A stretch of 46,115 nt of DNA. Source: Octopus bimaculoides (lineage: Eukaryota). The position numbers and the translations under genes were made by a program. Location: positions 128,103,979 to 128,150,093 of the forward strand of contig NC_068981.1 of the NCBI RefSeq assembly GCF_001194135.2. Direction: 5' to 3'. Within the stretch, counting starts at the first letter, position 1. Every line of letters begins with the position of its first letter. Below the pieces are notes generated by a model, which was not told the DNA's origin, made no database searches, and saw only the letters and a program-made list of their open reading frames with translations. This document shows positions 1-10,767 of this stretch, in pieces.

Positions 1-355
1 TCCCCATTTTCACACTACATACGTCAAGATCACCAGCATTCTATCTCCCACACACAGCCCCTCGTTCTTCGATCACCGTTTGTTATCTCCCCCTTTTCTT
101 AGCTCTCCTGAAAAAAGAATTTCTAACTTCCGGTCAGCCATTGTTATGATCAGCCATTATTATGATTGACCGTTGACTGGACACTATTCAATTTCTTTTT
201 CTCCGTGTTTTTCTCCTTGTCTCCGTATTCTTTCTGTTGAAGAGCGTAGCTCGAAACGTCAAAGACTTTCCGTATTCCCGAGCGTCATACTAATACATCT
301 TTTGTTATTTACACCACCTGTCCTCGTCTGTTGTTGTTTTTTCGTATATTCTCCC
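1..355 (+). mobile_element. 3' end/UTR of a Penelope-like or retrozyme-like element carrying a hammerhead motif
   Basis: Contains the HHR at 229-265 followed by CCGAGCGTCATACTAATA, a tail shared with the minus-strand element at ~7325-7400. Ends in a (TA)n microsatellite. The family assignment is an inference from the HHR architecture. Confidence 0.55.
229..265 (+). ncRNA. Minimal type I hammerhead ribozyme motif (A6U core variant)
   Basis: Stem I TCTTT(229-233)/AAAGA(261-265); core CTGTTGA(234-240) plus an extra A; stem II GAGC-GTA-GCTC; GAAA(253-256); palindromic ACGT stem III; predicted cleavage after C260 (GUC). Confidence 0.65.
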
Positions 356-1089
356 ATATATCTATATATATATATATATATACACATATGCATACACAAG
401 GGAAAAAAATTAAAAATGGTTTATACTTAATTGCCAAAGGATTTAGTTGATAATATAACACAACTAGCAATTATTTCAAAACAAAATGGGAATTTTTTAT
501 GAATATTATTACCAAAAGCATCGTTTGCAAAGGTGACGATTAATTTGACGATTAATAACCCGATTAAGTTATTAATGATATAGAATATAAGTGTATCTAG
601 CGGCAGAACGCAATCATATTCAGACAAACAGCTAATTACTTCATTTTGGCGATTATTAAGAATTATCTCTTGACACAGAAATGGCATTGTTAGTTTCTAT
701 TGTTAGTTTCTATCAGAAGTCTTAATATTTCCATGTTATTTTCCCCTGTATGTTTTTCTGCCATTGTTGCAATGTTGTACTTTATTAAAAAAAACTTGTT
801 TATATTATATAACTTATTCAACTCTGCATATTTATTTTATAGACTCTCTTGTTAAAAGTATAAAAAGCAAAAATACATTCTTATGAATATTTAACGGACC
901 TGAATTATATGCGTTATAACATAAAATTTAATTTTGATTTTCTTTCGAGCAAACGAGTGAAACTTGGGTAGATAAAAATAAGCATTTTAATTAATATCCA
1001 ATAAAATATGACAAATGCTTCAAGATTTCCCCCTTAACACACACTCACAGTAAACCTCTAGATTTAATTGTTTTCCCCTCCTTTCACTA

Positions 1090-1131
<42 letters not shown>

Positions 1132-1281
1132 GGGGGGGGGTACTCTTTTTGTTTGTTGTTCGAAGTATAAACATAACAGCACTCAGTCTTAAGAATACTT
1201 AGTTGGGCATGTCTTAATAATCATAGTTTGTAATTTTGTACATGCTACTAACAAATAGTTGCATTACTTTTCTAAATTAGT

Positions 1282-1620
1282 GCCGGTATGGTTGCGCAGT
1301 TAAGTTGCTCGCCTTGTAACTTCTTGGTTTCGTGTTCAATCTTATTGCACGACATCTTGGGCAAGTATCTTCTACTACTTTAACCCTTGGCCGAACTTGT
1401 AAATAAATTTGGTAGACGGAAACTATATGGAATTCCGTCATATATATGTGTATGTATGTACGTCTTTCTATTTTTGTTTGTCCCTACCACCCCTTGGGTA
1501 CCTATGTTGGTTTGTTTACATCACCGTAAGTTAGCGGTCCGGCAAAAGAAATCGAGAGAATAAATATTGGACAACAAAATAAGACACTGGGTTCGATTTT
1601 TCTTTTCAGCGTTAAGACCC
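1282..1620 (+). mobile_element. Degenerate tRNA-derived SINE (same family as 25384-25810)
   Basis: Retains family motifs CATCTTGGGCAAGTATCTTCTACTA, TTTGGTAGACGGAAACT and CGTAAGTTAGCGGTCCGGCAAAAGA. Confidence 0.75.
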
Positions 1621-1774
1621 CCATTGGATTTGCAAGCCTTCTCACATACACCACATTCAAACGTGTGCACAGAAATATAGTCAGAATAGTTGGTTGAAGT
1701 TTGTTTTCCATGGGTTCGCAGGTGAGATCTGAGATTTTTTTTATATACCTATATATATATATATATATATTATC

Positions 1775-2018
1775 ATGAGAGAGGCCGGTTTATGGGGTTA
1801 CCTTGGGTTTCCAGTCGGTCTTCGCCATGCGGCATATTGTCAAACCTCAGACTTGTTGGCCTAAGACGTCTTCAAAATATGGAGGGGGAAATGTCATTTA
1901 CCCCACCATATTTGAAGAGGTCTTAGGCCAACAGGTTTGGGGTCTGACGATATGCCGTAAGACTAAGCACCTTGTGGATGGGAGAGCCAGGGTAACCCCA
2001 TCAACCGACCTCCACCAT
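1775..2018. mobile_element. Palindromic (foldback) MITE-like element
   Basis: Left GAGGCCGGTTTATGGGGTTACC and GGCATATTGTCAAACCTCAGACTTGTTGGCCTAAGACGTCTTCAAAATATGG are near-complementary to the right-hand sequence. The centre GGGGAAATG-T-CATTTACCCC is also self-complementary. Confidence 0.75.
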
Positions 2019-4930
2019 TATAATATTAACTACTTAGAGTGTGCTTCTCTGGTTTTATGCTTTTCTATTAGACTGTCCCAAAAATAATGGCCGATTTCAG
2101 AAACAATTATATTCTGGAAAAATTAACATCAGAAATGTTTTGATTAGTCAAAGTATGAGCCGTGAACATCTATGCACCTCAGCCATCGATTAACGAGATC
2201 ATTTATGCCTCATTGATAGAAACTTATTGGCTTCACTATTTTCCTCTCGTTGTGGTCTAACGACCCTCCATGTTTGTTTTCGTTCAGTTTCCTTGTATGT
2301 CTCCACTGTCATGTTTTTGTACCCAACTTTGACCCTCCATAAATCCTAAATTTCATTTTAGAATTTATGGGATCAACTGTCTTTGAAAACTCATATTGTC
2401 GTTGAATTCTCGAAATAGGGAGTAGATAGACAGCCGGCAACTGATGAAGGGTCCTTTCTCTGTGTTTACTTGTCCTGTTTTCCATTTTTCTCATTGTTTA
2501 CGTATTNNNNNNNNNNNNNNNNNNNNNNNNNNNNNNNNNNNNNNNNNNNNNNNNNNNNNNNNNNNNNNNNNNNNNNNNNNNNNNNNNNNNNNNNNNNNNN
2601 NNNNNNNNNNNNNNNNNNNNNNNNNNNNNNNNNNNNNNNNNNNNNNNNNNNNNNNNNNNNNNNNNNNNNNNNNNNNNNNNNNNNNNNNNNNNNNNNNNNN
2701 NNNNNNNNNNNNNNNNNNNNNNNNNNNNNNNNNNNNNNNNNNNNNNNNNNNNNNNNNNNNNNNNNNNNNNNNNNNNNNNNNNNNNNNNNNNNNNNNNNNN
2801 NNNNNNNNNNNNNNNNNNNNNNNNNNNNNNNNNNNNNNNNNNNNNNNNNNNNNNNNNNNNNNNNNNNNNNNNNNNNNNNNNNNNNNNNNNNNNNNNNNNN
2901 NNNNNNNNNNNNNNNNNNNNNNNNNNNNNNNNNNNNNNNNNNNNNNNNNNNNNNNNNNNNNNNNNNNNNNNNNNNNNNNNNNNNNNNNNNNNNNNNNNNN
3001 NNNNNNNNNNNNNNNNNNNNNNNNNNNNNNNNNNNNNNNNNNNNNNNNNNNNNNNNNNNNNNNNNNNNNNNNNNNNNNNNNNNNNNNNNNNNNNNNNNNN
3101 NNNNNNNNNNNNNNNNNNNNNNNNNNNNNNNNNNNNNNNNNNNNNNNNNNNNNNNNNNNNNNNNNNNNNNNNNNNNNNNNNNNNNNNNNNNNNNNNNNNN
3201 NNNNNNNNNNNNGCCACTATTGAGAAACATAGAAAAGAATATGGAGGTAGAGAGTTATTTAAGAGATGTCGAAAAATGTAATGCTTAACCATGTCTTAGT
3301 CTTTTGCTGTATTTTTTCCCCTCTGCAGAAAAGATTGAATGTTTTAAACACTGTATCCATGCGTATGAGTTCCTATGTGGTCGTTCAGTTTGTTAGAAAT
3401 AATAGCAAATTTGATTCAAATCATTCCGTCTATAAAAATGTCACTTTGAAATAATTTAGATTTGGAATGTAATATTCATGAGAAAATAAATGGGGTGAAC
3501 ATGGCTTGAAAGTTTTTGAACCTAGATCTGCTGACTTCTGGTTAAACAATCAAATCAGTGGTTCTCGACGGGGAGGGAGGACATATGGCCCTTAAGGGTC
3601 AATATAAGATATTTTTGTTAAAATTTATATGCAATAAATTGGATATACTTCCACAATGGAAAAAAATATTTTAACAGTTCTTTTATAGAATTCTTTTATC
3701 TTTTACTTGTTTCATTCATTAGACTGGAAACTGAATATGTCGACTCCCCTCCTCTCCTCTCGTTATTGATGTTGTATCATCCCAGCCCCGACACTCACTA
3801 ATATGTCCAGTCTGTATTCTCTAGAGGTTGGTGTTCTGGAGAACTGTCCTTGCACGTTGTGCTTGCAGTCCTGATTATAGAACAGTTTAAGTGGAATGCT
3901 AGCGACATCAATCACAGCTATTTAGAAGTACTTGGAAGTCTACAAATACTATAGTTTGAGATGCTTCCATCAACATCCTCTTTAATTTCTCCATCAACAA
4001 AAAAAAAAAAAGGTAGCAACATGTAGTCATTTATGCTCGAGATTCAAATGATGCAGAATTAGCAAAACTTATTAAATTCTCCGTGACTTATAAAATAGGT
4101 ACCGGGTATATTAGCCTCCATTCAGCAGATTGTCTAGCAAAGTTCAGCATGAATATCATTGTTAATTGGGTCCGAAATGGATTGATTTTTTTTGTGTACA
4201 TGTCAAATCGAATCTCTCTACGGAACACAAAAGCAAATAGCGACTGCTCGTTTACACTTATCATGGAAATGGACCTTTCATTCCCTCTACAAGCTTGGTA
4301 TCTTGGCACAAAAACGGCCTAAATACAAAACGTTCTGTCACTAACAATACAAATTTTCTGGGTAGCTATATATATGACAGAGTGTTAGATTATTCAGTCT
4401 TGCACGTTTATGGTTCGTTGTAATAACGAGATTATTTATAAATATATTTGAGGTATTGCCACTATATACAAACTAGAGTGCAGTCAGGCCAAGAAATCAT
4501 TTGTGCAATTTAGAGATGAATGTATATTCCCAAATCAAAATACTTACCGATATACATATGGATGAACAACTGCACTGCTTTGAAAATAATATATAGTACT
4601 TCAAATTCAGACTTGTGTTCGGGAATGTCAAATTCGAATGATTAGATATAAGTATCAGATGTTATAAATCAGACGTAATACTATCTCATTGGTATTGAAA
4701 ACAGTAATAACCTTCATGTGTGTGCCTATCTCTCTTTTCACCCCTCTCTCTCTCTCTCTTTCACCCTCTCTCTCTTTCTCCCCCCCTCTCTCTCTCTACA
4801 CACACATATATATAAAAGTAAAAAGACACTGCATAAAACATTGTTTTATGTTTATTTTAACTTGAAAAAGTTTATACTTTTTATTGATGGACATTTTTAT
4901 GTTTCAGGTTCTATATGTGACTGTTTAATC

Positions 4931-5947
4931 ATGCCACGTACAAAAGAAGCCTTGAAACTGTCCAAATTTCAAAGAGGCCGTATTGTGGGTCAATCTGAAG
5001 GTGGTCTTAGCGCAAAATCCCAGAAAACCTTGGGATCCAGCTTCCTACAGTTAATAGGGTGATTGTGCAATTCACCAGAGAGGGGAAGGAGTTCACATCA
5101 CCTTGCCCAGGTTGGACAAGGCCCTCTGACAGGACCCTTTTCTTTAAGTGAAGTGTGGAGGATAATCGTCATTGCAAGGCCTCTGACAGCAGAACAAGTT
5201 GATGTCAGTCCCAGGACAGCTGTCAGGTATCTTCACAAACTTGGCAACTATGGCAGAGCAGCAAGAAAGAAGCCACTTCTTCAACTAGCGAACATCAAGT
5301 GGAGAAAATATTGGGTTTATTGAGATGATGGGGTGGCCGCTAGCATTTTGGAACACTGTCATGTTTATTCTCTGATGAGTTCAGATTTGCTGTATTTTCT
5401 GACAGTGGTCGAGTGTGAGCCTGGAGACTCTGTGTTCAAGAATTTGACATGAAAAAATTGCTGCCAACAATGAAACACGGCAACTGTTCTGTGATGGTCT
5501 AGGGAGCAATTTGTAGCAATGGTCAATCAGAGCTGGTGGAGTGTGATAGAAACGTAAACTCAGATATATATGTGACCATATTGCAGAAAGGACTGCTTCT
5601 AATCTTCTCCAATGGTGAAATGATTAAAGGGAACTCTTTATTTATGGAAGATGAGACTTTTGTCACACGGTTAAAAAGACCCAAGATTTGTTGGATGAGA
5701 AGACATTAAAAAACTTCAATGGCCAAGCCAGTCACTAGATATGAACCCTATTGAATACCTCTGGGATATAATGGACAGGACACTTCGTAAAAAGAACAAG
5801 AAAGCATCTTCAAAGTCAGATCTTTTGAAATTACAACATGAAACATGGTAAGAAATTCCGCAAGAGAATATTCGTCGTCTGATCAGTAGCAAACCTAATA
5901 GGGGCTTTACGTTGAAAAATGCAAAGGACATGTCTACTAAATATTAG
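4931..5947 (+). pseudogene. Tc1-family (DDE) transposase remnant with frameshifts and stops
   Basis: MPRTKEALKLSKFQRGRIVG N-terminus; GRAARKKPLL; FSDEFRF; VMVWGAI-like; WPSQSLDMNPIEYLWD; ends STKY*. TIRs not identified. Confidence 0.9.
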
Positions 5948-6025
5948 ATATTCACATTATAATAAATAATAAATAATTTGAATGTATAATTTCATATTTA
6001 GATAAATCTTAATGANNNNNNNNNN

Positions 6026-6068
<43 letters not shown>

Positions 6069-7324
6069 CGTGCGCGTTCGTGCGTGTGTGTGTGGATGTG
6101 TACTTATATTTTGTTTTTCGAAAACTGACACGCAGCTATAAATTTGACGGAAGAGAACCTTTGATAATGTTTCACCAGTACATGACTGGTACTTCATTTG
6201 ATAGACTTTGGAAATATAATGCCAAAGTTTAGTTGTGGTTGGTTTCAACTCAGAAACGTGAAGGACCGTAACTGAATATCGCCTGACACTTTGACCTTCC
6301 CCCACAACCAATTTTAATTCATTGTGAAGTCATCTAATTCTGCTAAAATACATGTAAGATACAATGCACAACTCCCCATGTATGAAATAACATCTTTCTT
6401 CATATTATTCTTCCCAATCTTAGCTGGCGTTTTCAAGTCATTTACTACAACATTTACATGATTAATTCGTCTCAGAAACGCATTAACATCGCAAAAGATA
6501 GTTATCTCTCCTCCAAATATATACATCTATAGCCTGAAGTACGAAAAACAAAAACATCGAGAACAAATCAATGCATTTATCAGTTTTGTAGAAATTCTTG
6601 GAGAACAGTGTAAATGCTAAAAGACAAACAAATCGTCCTTTAATGTCCAGATCTCGAAAGAGCTTAAGTATCTATTGAAAAACCCTGACATTTTACATAC
6701 AAACTACAGTTTTTACATATTACATACAAACTATAGTTTCTAACAAGATTCTTTTACCCCTCCTTTTCTGAAATACATCGAAACACGATTTTTTTTTATT
6801 GTATGTCATTTCTCTACTATTTCTTATTTATTTCTTGCTCTTATTTTTGTTGTTCTTTAACATCTCTTTATCATGTTGCTATAATCACAACCAAGACCGT
6901 AGCAACCAGTATTGTAGTATTGAATGATACAACGTTGCATCATTTGACTGTACCTGAGTTCTATTTTCTCTCAAGTATCTTCGCCTAAGGATTGCCTTCG
7001 GGTATAAGGCTTCGAAACGTGATATTTAAATGGATACATACATACATACATACATACATACATACATACATACGTGCGTTATTTCATTTGATGTTTTCAA
7101 ATACTTATGTGTGTCTTATATGTGTATATGTGTGTGTGTACATATGTATACATATGTGTATACATCTAATCATATATACATATATACATGTATATGTATG
7201 TGTATATATATATATCTTAGATGGATAAATAGATAGACAGACAGACAGACAGAGAGATAGATAGTCATTTCAAATAAACAAACAATTTAAAATCAGAAAA
7301 GAAATGAAAAAAGCGAGCGTGTGT

Positions 7325-7440
7325 ATATATTAATTTGACGCTCGGTGAAAGGAAAGAGAGTTGTTAACGTTTCGAGCATAGCTCTTCGTCGGAAACAGGA
7401 AAGTTCAAAGAGAAAGAAGGTAGAATAAAGAAAAATCACA
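7325..7440 (-). mobile_element. Penelope-like 3' tail with degenerate minimal hammerhead (7360-7398)
   Basis: Reverse complement reads CCGACGA-A-GAGC-TAT-GCTC-GAAACGTT followed by CCGAGCGTCAAATTAATA, paralleling 234-297. Stem I is imperfect. Confidence 0.55.
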
Positions 7441-7723
7441 AACAGTTCACGTGCGGTTACATTTCTGAAGTATGTGTGTGTGTGTGTGTGTGTGTGTNNN
7501 NNNNNNNNNNNNNNNNNNNNNNNNNNNNNNNNNNNNNNNNNNNNNNNNNNNNNNNNNNNNNNNNNNNNNNNNNNNNNNNNNNNNNNNNNNNNNNNNNNNN
7601 NNNNNNNNNNNNNNNNNNNNNNNNNNNNNNNNNNNNNNNNNNNNNNNNNNNNNNNNNNNNNNNNNTATATATATTGCTCTCATCTCTTCTTGTGATTTTA
7701 CAACTAGCTATTTTGCTTGTTGC

Positions 7724-7831
7724 AAATCAGTGACCGATGATCGCTTTGTTTGTAATATATCGCGGGCTGGAGCGGACTCTGGCTATCACTCTGGCGGCCA
7801 TATGCTCGAAACTGAGTTAGTCTCGCGATTT
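7724..7831 (+). ncRNA. Type I hammerhead relic with long stem II (U4C; base of stem II unpaired)
   Basis: Stem I AAATC-(bulged A)-GTGA / TCGC-GATTT; core CCGATGA(7734-7740); GAAA(7808-7811); stem III ACT-GAGTT-AGT; GUC cleavage triplet ending at 7822. Confidence 0.55.
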
Positions 7832-7929
7832 CATTAGAATACACAGCATAGTTCAAGGTCAATCTGTGCTTCACTAATTGTGCTTTAACTTCGTTACTAT
7901 GGCAACAGTCGAGATACTTATTGATCAGA

Positions 7930-7965
<36 letters not shown>

Positions 7966-8549
7966 ATATATATATGAAGAAAGAGAGAGAAAGAGAGAGA
8001 GAGATGGTTGCATATATGTGTGAATATATATGTATGTATGCATTCATCTTTGCATCTATGTGGTCTTTCTTTATGAGATATATTAATTATCAAACAAGTC
8101 GTGTATATGCGGCTCAGTAAAAAACATTGCCACAGGATAGATTCAAGTCTCATTCCAGACATGTTTCAGTACTCTTACAGACATTTTAGTCATCCTGTTA
8201 AGAGACATAATTTTGCGAAACTATTGACATTTAAATGCTTTGCATAGAATTGTAATGTTTGAATCTGTATTCTTCGCACAGTTTGCCACCTATCAAGTTG
8301 CTTCTAACTAGGGCTGCCAATCTAGCTCGGTGTCGCATTCCACCACTACCACCAACACTACCTCTATGTGTTCAAAATATGCACGTGTAAACGTGTCAAC
8401 GTGGGAACCTCTGCGCTTTGTGCCGACCTAGCATCTCAGATTACATTTTGCATTCTTAACACAAAAGACGCAATGGGAAAATGTAGTCTTTGCTAGAACA
8501 TCAGTAATCATATATCTTAGAAATACTATTATTATAGTCATATATCATA

Positions 8550-9087
8550 CGAGGGGGAGGGGTGAGGCGCAATGGCCCAGTGGTTAGGGAAGCGAACTCG
8601 CGGTCATATGATCACGGTTTCGATTCCCAGACTGGGTGTTGTGAGTGCTTATTGAACGAAAACACCCAAAGCTCCACGAAGCTCCGGCAAGGGGTGCTAT
8701 ATTCATTCATCACTCCTTCCTGTTTCTGTTGCACCTGTGTTTCAAAGGGCCAGCCTTGTCACACACTGTTACGCTGAATCTCCCCGAGAACTACGTTAAG
8801 GGTACACGTATCTGTGGAGTGCTCAGCCACCTGCACGTTAATTTCAACTGGAACCCTTATCGTCGTTTGTTTGTTTGTGTGCTGAAAGTTTCCTGGCTTT
8901 GGGCAAAAGAAAATACAGGAGGATCTATTAATTATGGTTTTATGCAACATATTCCCCTCTAAGATTCACACACTTGCTGTAGCGGTCCTTCAGTTTTCTA
9001 AGCCCTGTAAAAGAACTCGGAAGGTTGGGCCTCCAACCACGCCTCTCGCGATAGCCTTAAAGCCAGGAACTTTTCAATACCCACCCG
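8550..9087. mobile_element. Mariner-type MITE whose left TIR is split by a SINE insertion
   Basis: Right end reverse complement TA-CGGGTGGGTATTGAAAAGTTCCTGGCTTT. The left end reads TA-CGAGGGGG (8548-8557) and resumes as GTGCTGAAAGTTTCCTGGCTTT at ~8879. TA at both ends. Confidence 0.65.
8564..8857 (+). mobile_element. tRNA-derived SINE (second family)
   Basis: Pol III A-box TGGCCCAGTGGTTAG (8573-8587) and B-box GGTTTCGATTCCC (8616-8628), followed by a non-tRNA body. Confidence 0.75.
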
Positions 9088-9362
9088 TAGATCAGGGCTC
9101 GTCTAGGGCTACACAATAGTATCAAACAATGTGTATTTGTTTGTTATTGTAATTAATTTTTAAGGTTGATACACGGCGTATATTTGCAAGATACGGATGT
9201 GCATAAATCTACTGAACGGTAGTATATTACATGTGCTTTTACTTTTCGGAGCAGAAGAATTAAATGTGATGTACACACTGGCATTGTTTCGACTTAGAAC
9301 CTGAACTGATGTCACTGAAGGCACCAAAAAATTCATTGACATCATGTTAAAATCTATGGCTT

Positions 9363-9980
9363 TGAAACGTTGAGACATATCAGCAGATGGTTCTTACACC
9401 ATATTGCATATAGTCATAGACAGCAAATTACCTTACATCAGGCCTCGTTTCGGGTACGCGATTTTTACAAGTCACAAAAAATGATGAAACATCGATGTCT
9501 ATCGCTCCTGAATGGGATCTGACGCGAGCTATCTCGCTTGTCTATGATTTCCAGGAGTTTTAACATCAGGTATTGATGAGAATATATTCTGTTACGCTTA
9601 TAAGCACAGCCTACCTACGAACTAGGAAAACACATACCCTGTTTATATCCCTCAAGTTGCTTCTAATCGATATTGAATTTTTTCCGTGTTATGAATCGTT
9701 GGGACAGATAAGCATATGGTCCTCACCCCATTTTGCATATAGTCATAGACAGCAATTTAGCTAACATCGAGCCTCGTTTCGAATACGTCCTACTGACAAG
9801 TCACAAAAACGATGAAATATCAATGTCTGTTGCTCCTGAATGGGACCAGATGCGAGTTATGTCGTTTGTCTAAGACTCTCGGCCTACCCACGAATTAGCA
9901 AAGCACATAACACATACCTAGTGTATGTGTGTTCGATATTGTCTATATCCCACGAGCTACTTCTAATTCATATTTGAATG
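9363..9980. repeat. Diverged tandem duplication, period ~329 bp
   Basis: 9363-9691 aligns with 9692-9980, e.g. TTGCATATAGTCATAGACAGCAA, ACAAGTCACAAAAA, GCTCCTGAATGGGA and CTTCTAAT occur in both copies. Confidence 0.85.
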
Positions 9981-10767
9981 TGTGTGCGTGTGTGATAGTG
10001 TCGATTATGCGTCAATAAGTATATATATGACCCAAATCTTCTCTCAGCCTCCCTAAGTAATTCAGTCAAACAAAAGAATTTTCGCTTTGAAAAAAAAAAA
10101 AAAAAAANNNNNNNNNNNNNNNNNNNNNNNNNNNNNNNNNNNNNNNNNNNNNNNNNNNNNNNNNNNNNNNNNNNNNNNNNNNNNNNNNNNNNNNNNNNNN
10201 NNNNNNNNNNNNNNNNNNNNNNNNNNNNNNNNNNNNNNNNNNNNNNNNNNNNNNNNNNNNNNNNNNNNNNNNNNNNNNNNNNNNNNNNNNNNNNNNNNNN
10301 NNNNNNNNNNNNNNNNNNNNNNNNNNNNNNNNNNNNNNNNNNNNNNNNNNNNNNNNNNNNNNNNNNNNNNNNNNNNNNNNNNNNNNNNNNNNNNNNNNNN
10401 NNNNNNNNNNNNNNNNNNNNNNNNNNNNNNNNNNNNNNNNNNNNNNNNNNNNNNNNNNNNNNNNNNNNNNNNNNNNNNNNNNNNNNNNNNNNNNNNNNNN
10501 NNNNNNNNNNNNNNNNNNNNNNNNNNNNNNNNNNNNNNNNNNNNNNNNNNNNNNNNNNNNNNNNNNNNNNNNNNNNNNNNNNNNNNNNNNNNNNNNNNNN
10601 NNNNNNNNNNNNNNNNNNNNNNNNNNNNNNNNNNNNNNNNNNNNNNNNNNNNNNNNNNNNNNNNNNNNNNNNNNNNNNNNNNNNNNNNNNNNNNNNNNNN
10701 NNNNNNNNNNNNNNNNNNNNNNNNNNNNNNNNNNNNNNNNNNNNNNNNNNNNNNNNATATATATATA

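Noticed and set aside
13-80. Patchy resemblance of CTACATACGTCAAGATCACCAG...CTCGTTCTTCGATCACCG to the 5S rRNA 5' half
   Set aside because: It needs a ~25 nt insertion and many mismatches, so it cannot be distinguished from chance by eye.
101-145. CTGAAAAAAGAATTTCTAACTTCCG resembling the HHR-like core at 26600
   Set aside because: G8 and GAAA/UH are missing. It is only suggestive of a second, dead HHR in the element at 1-355.
9164-9625. 154-codon frame interrupted only by TGA (possible TGA=Trp bacterial or organellar insert)
   Set aside because: A run of this length without TAA/TAG is plausible by chance somewhere in six frames of 46 kb. The duplicate copy supports a different frame after 9480, and no protein family was recognised.
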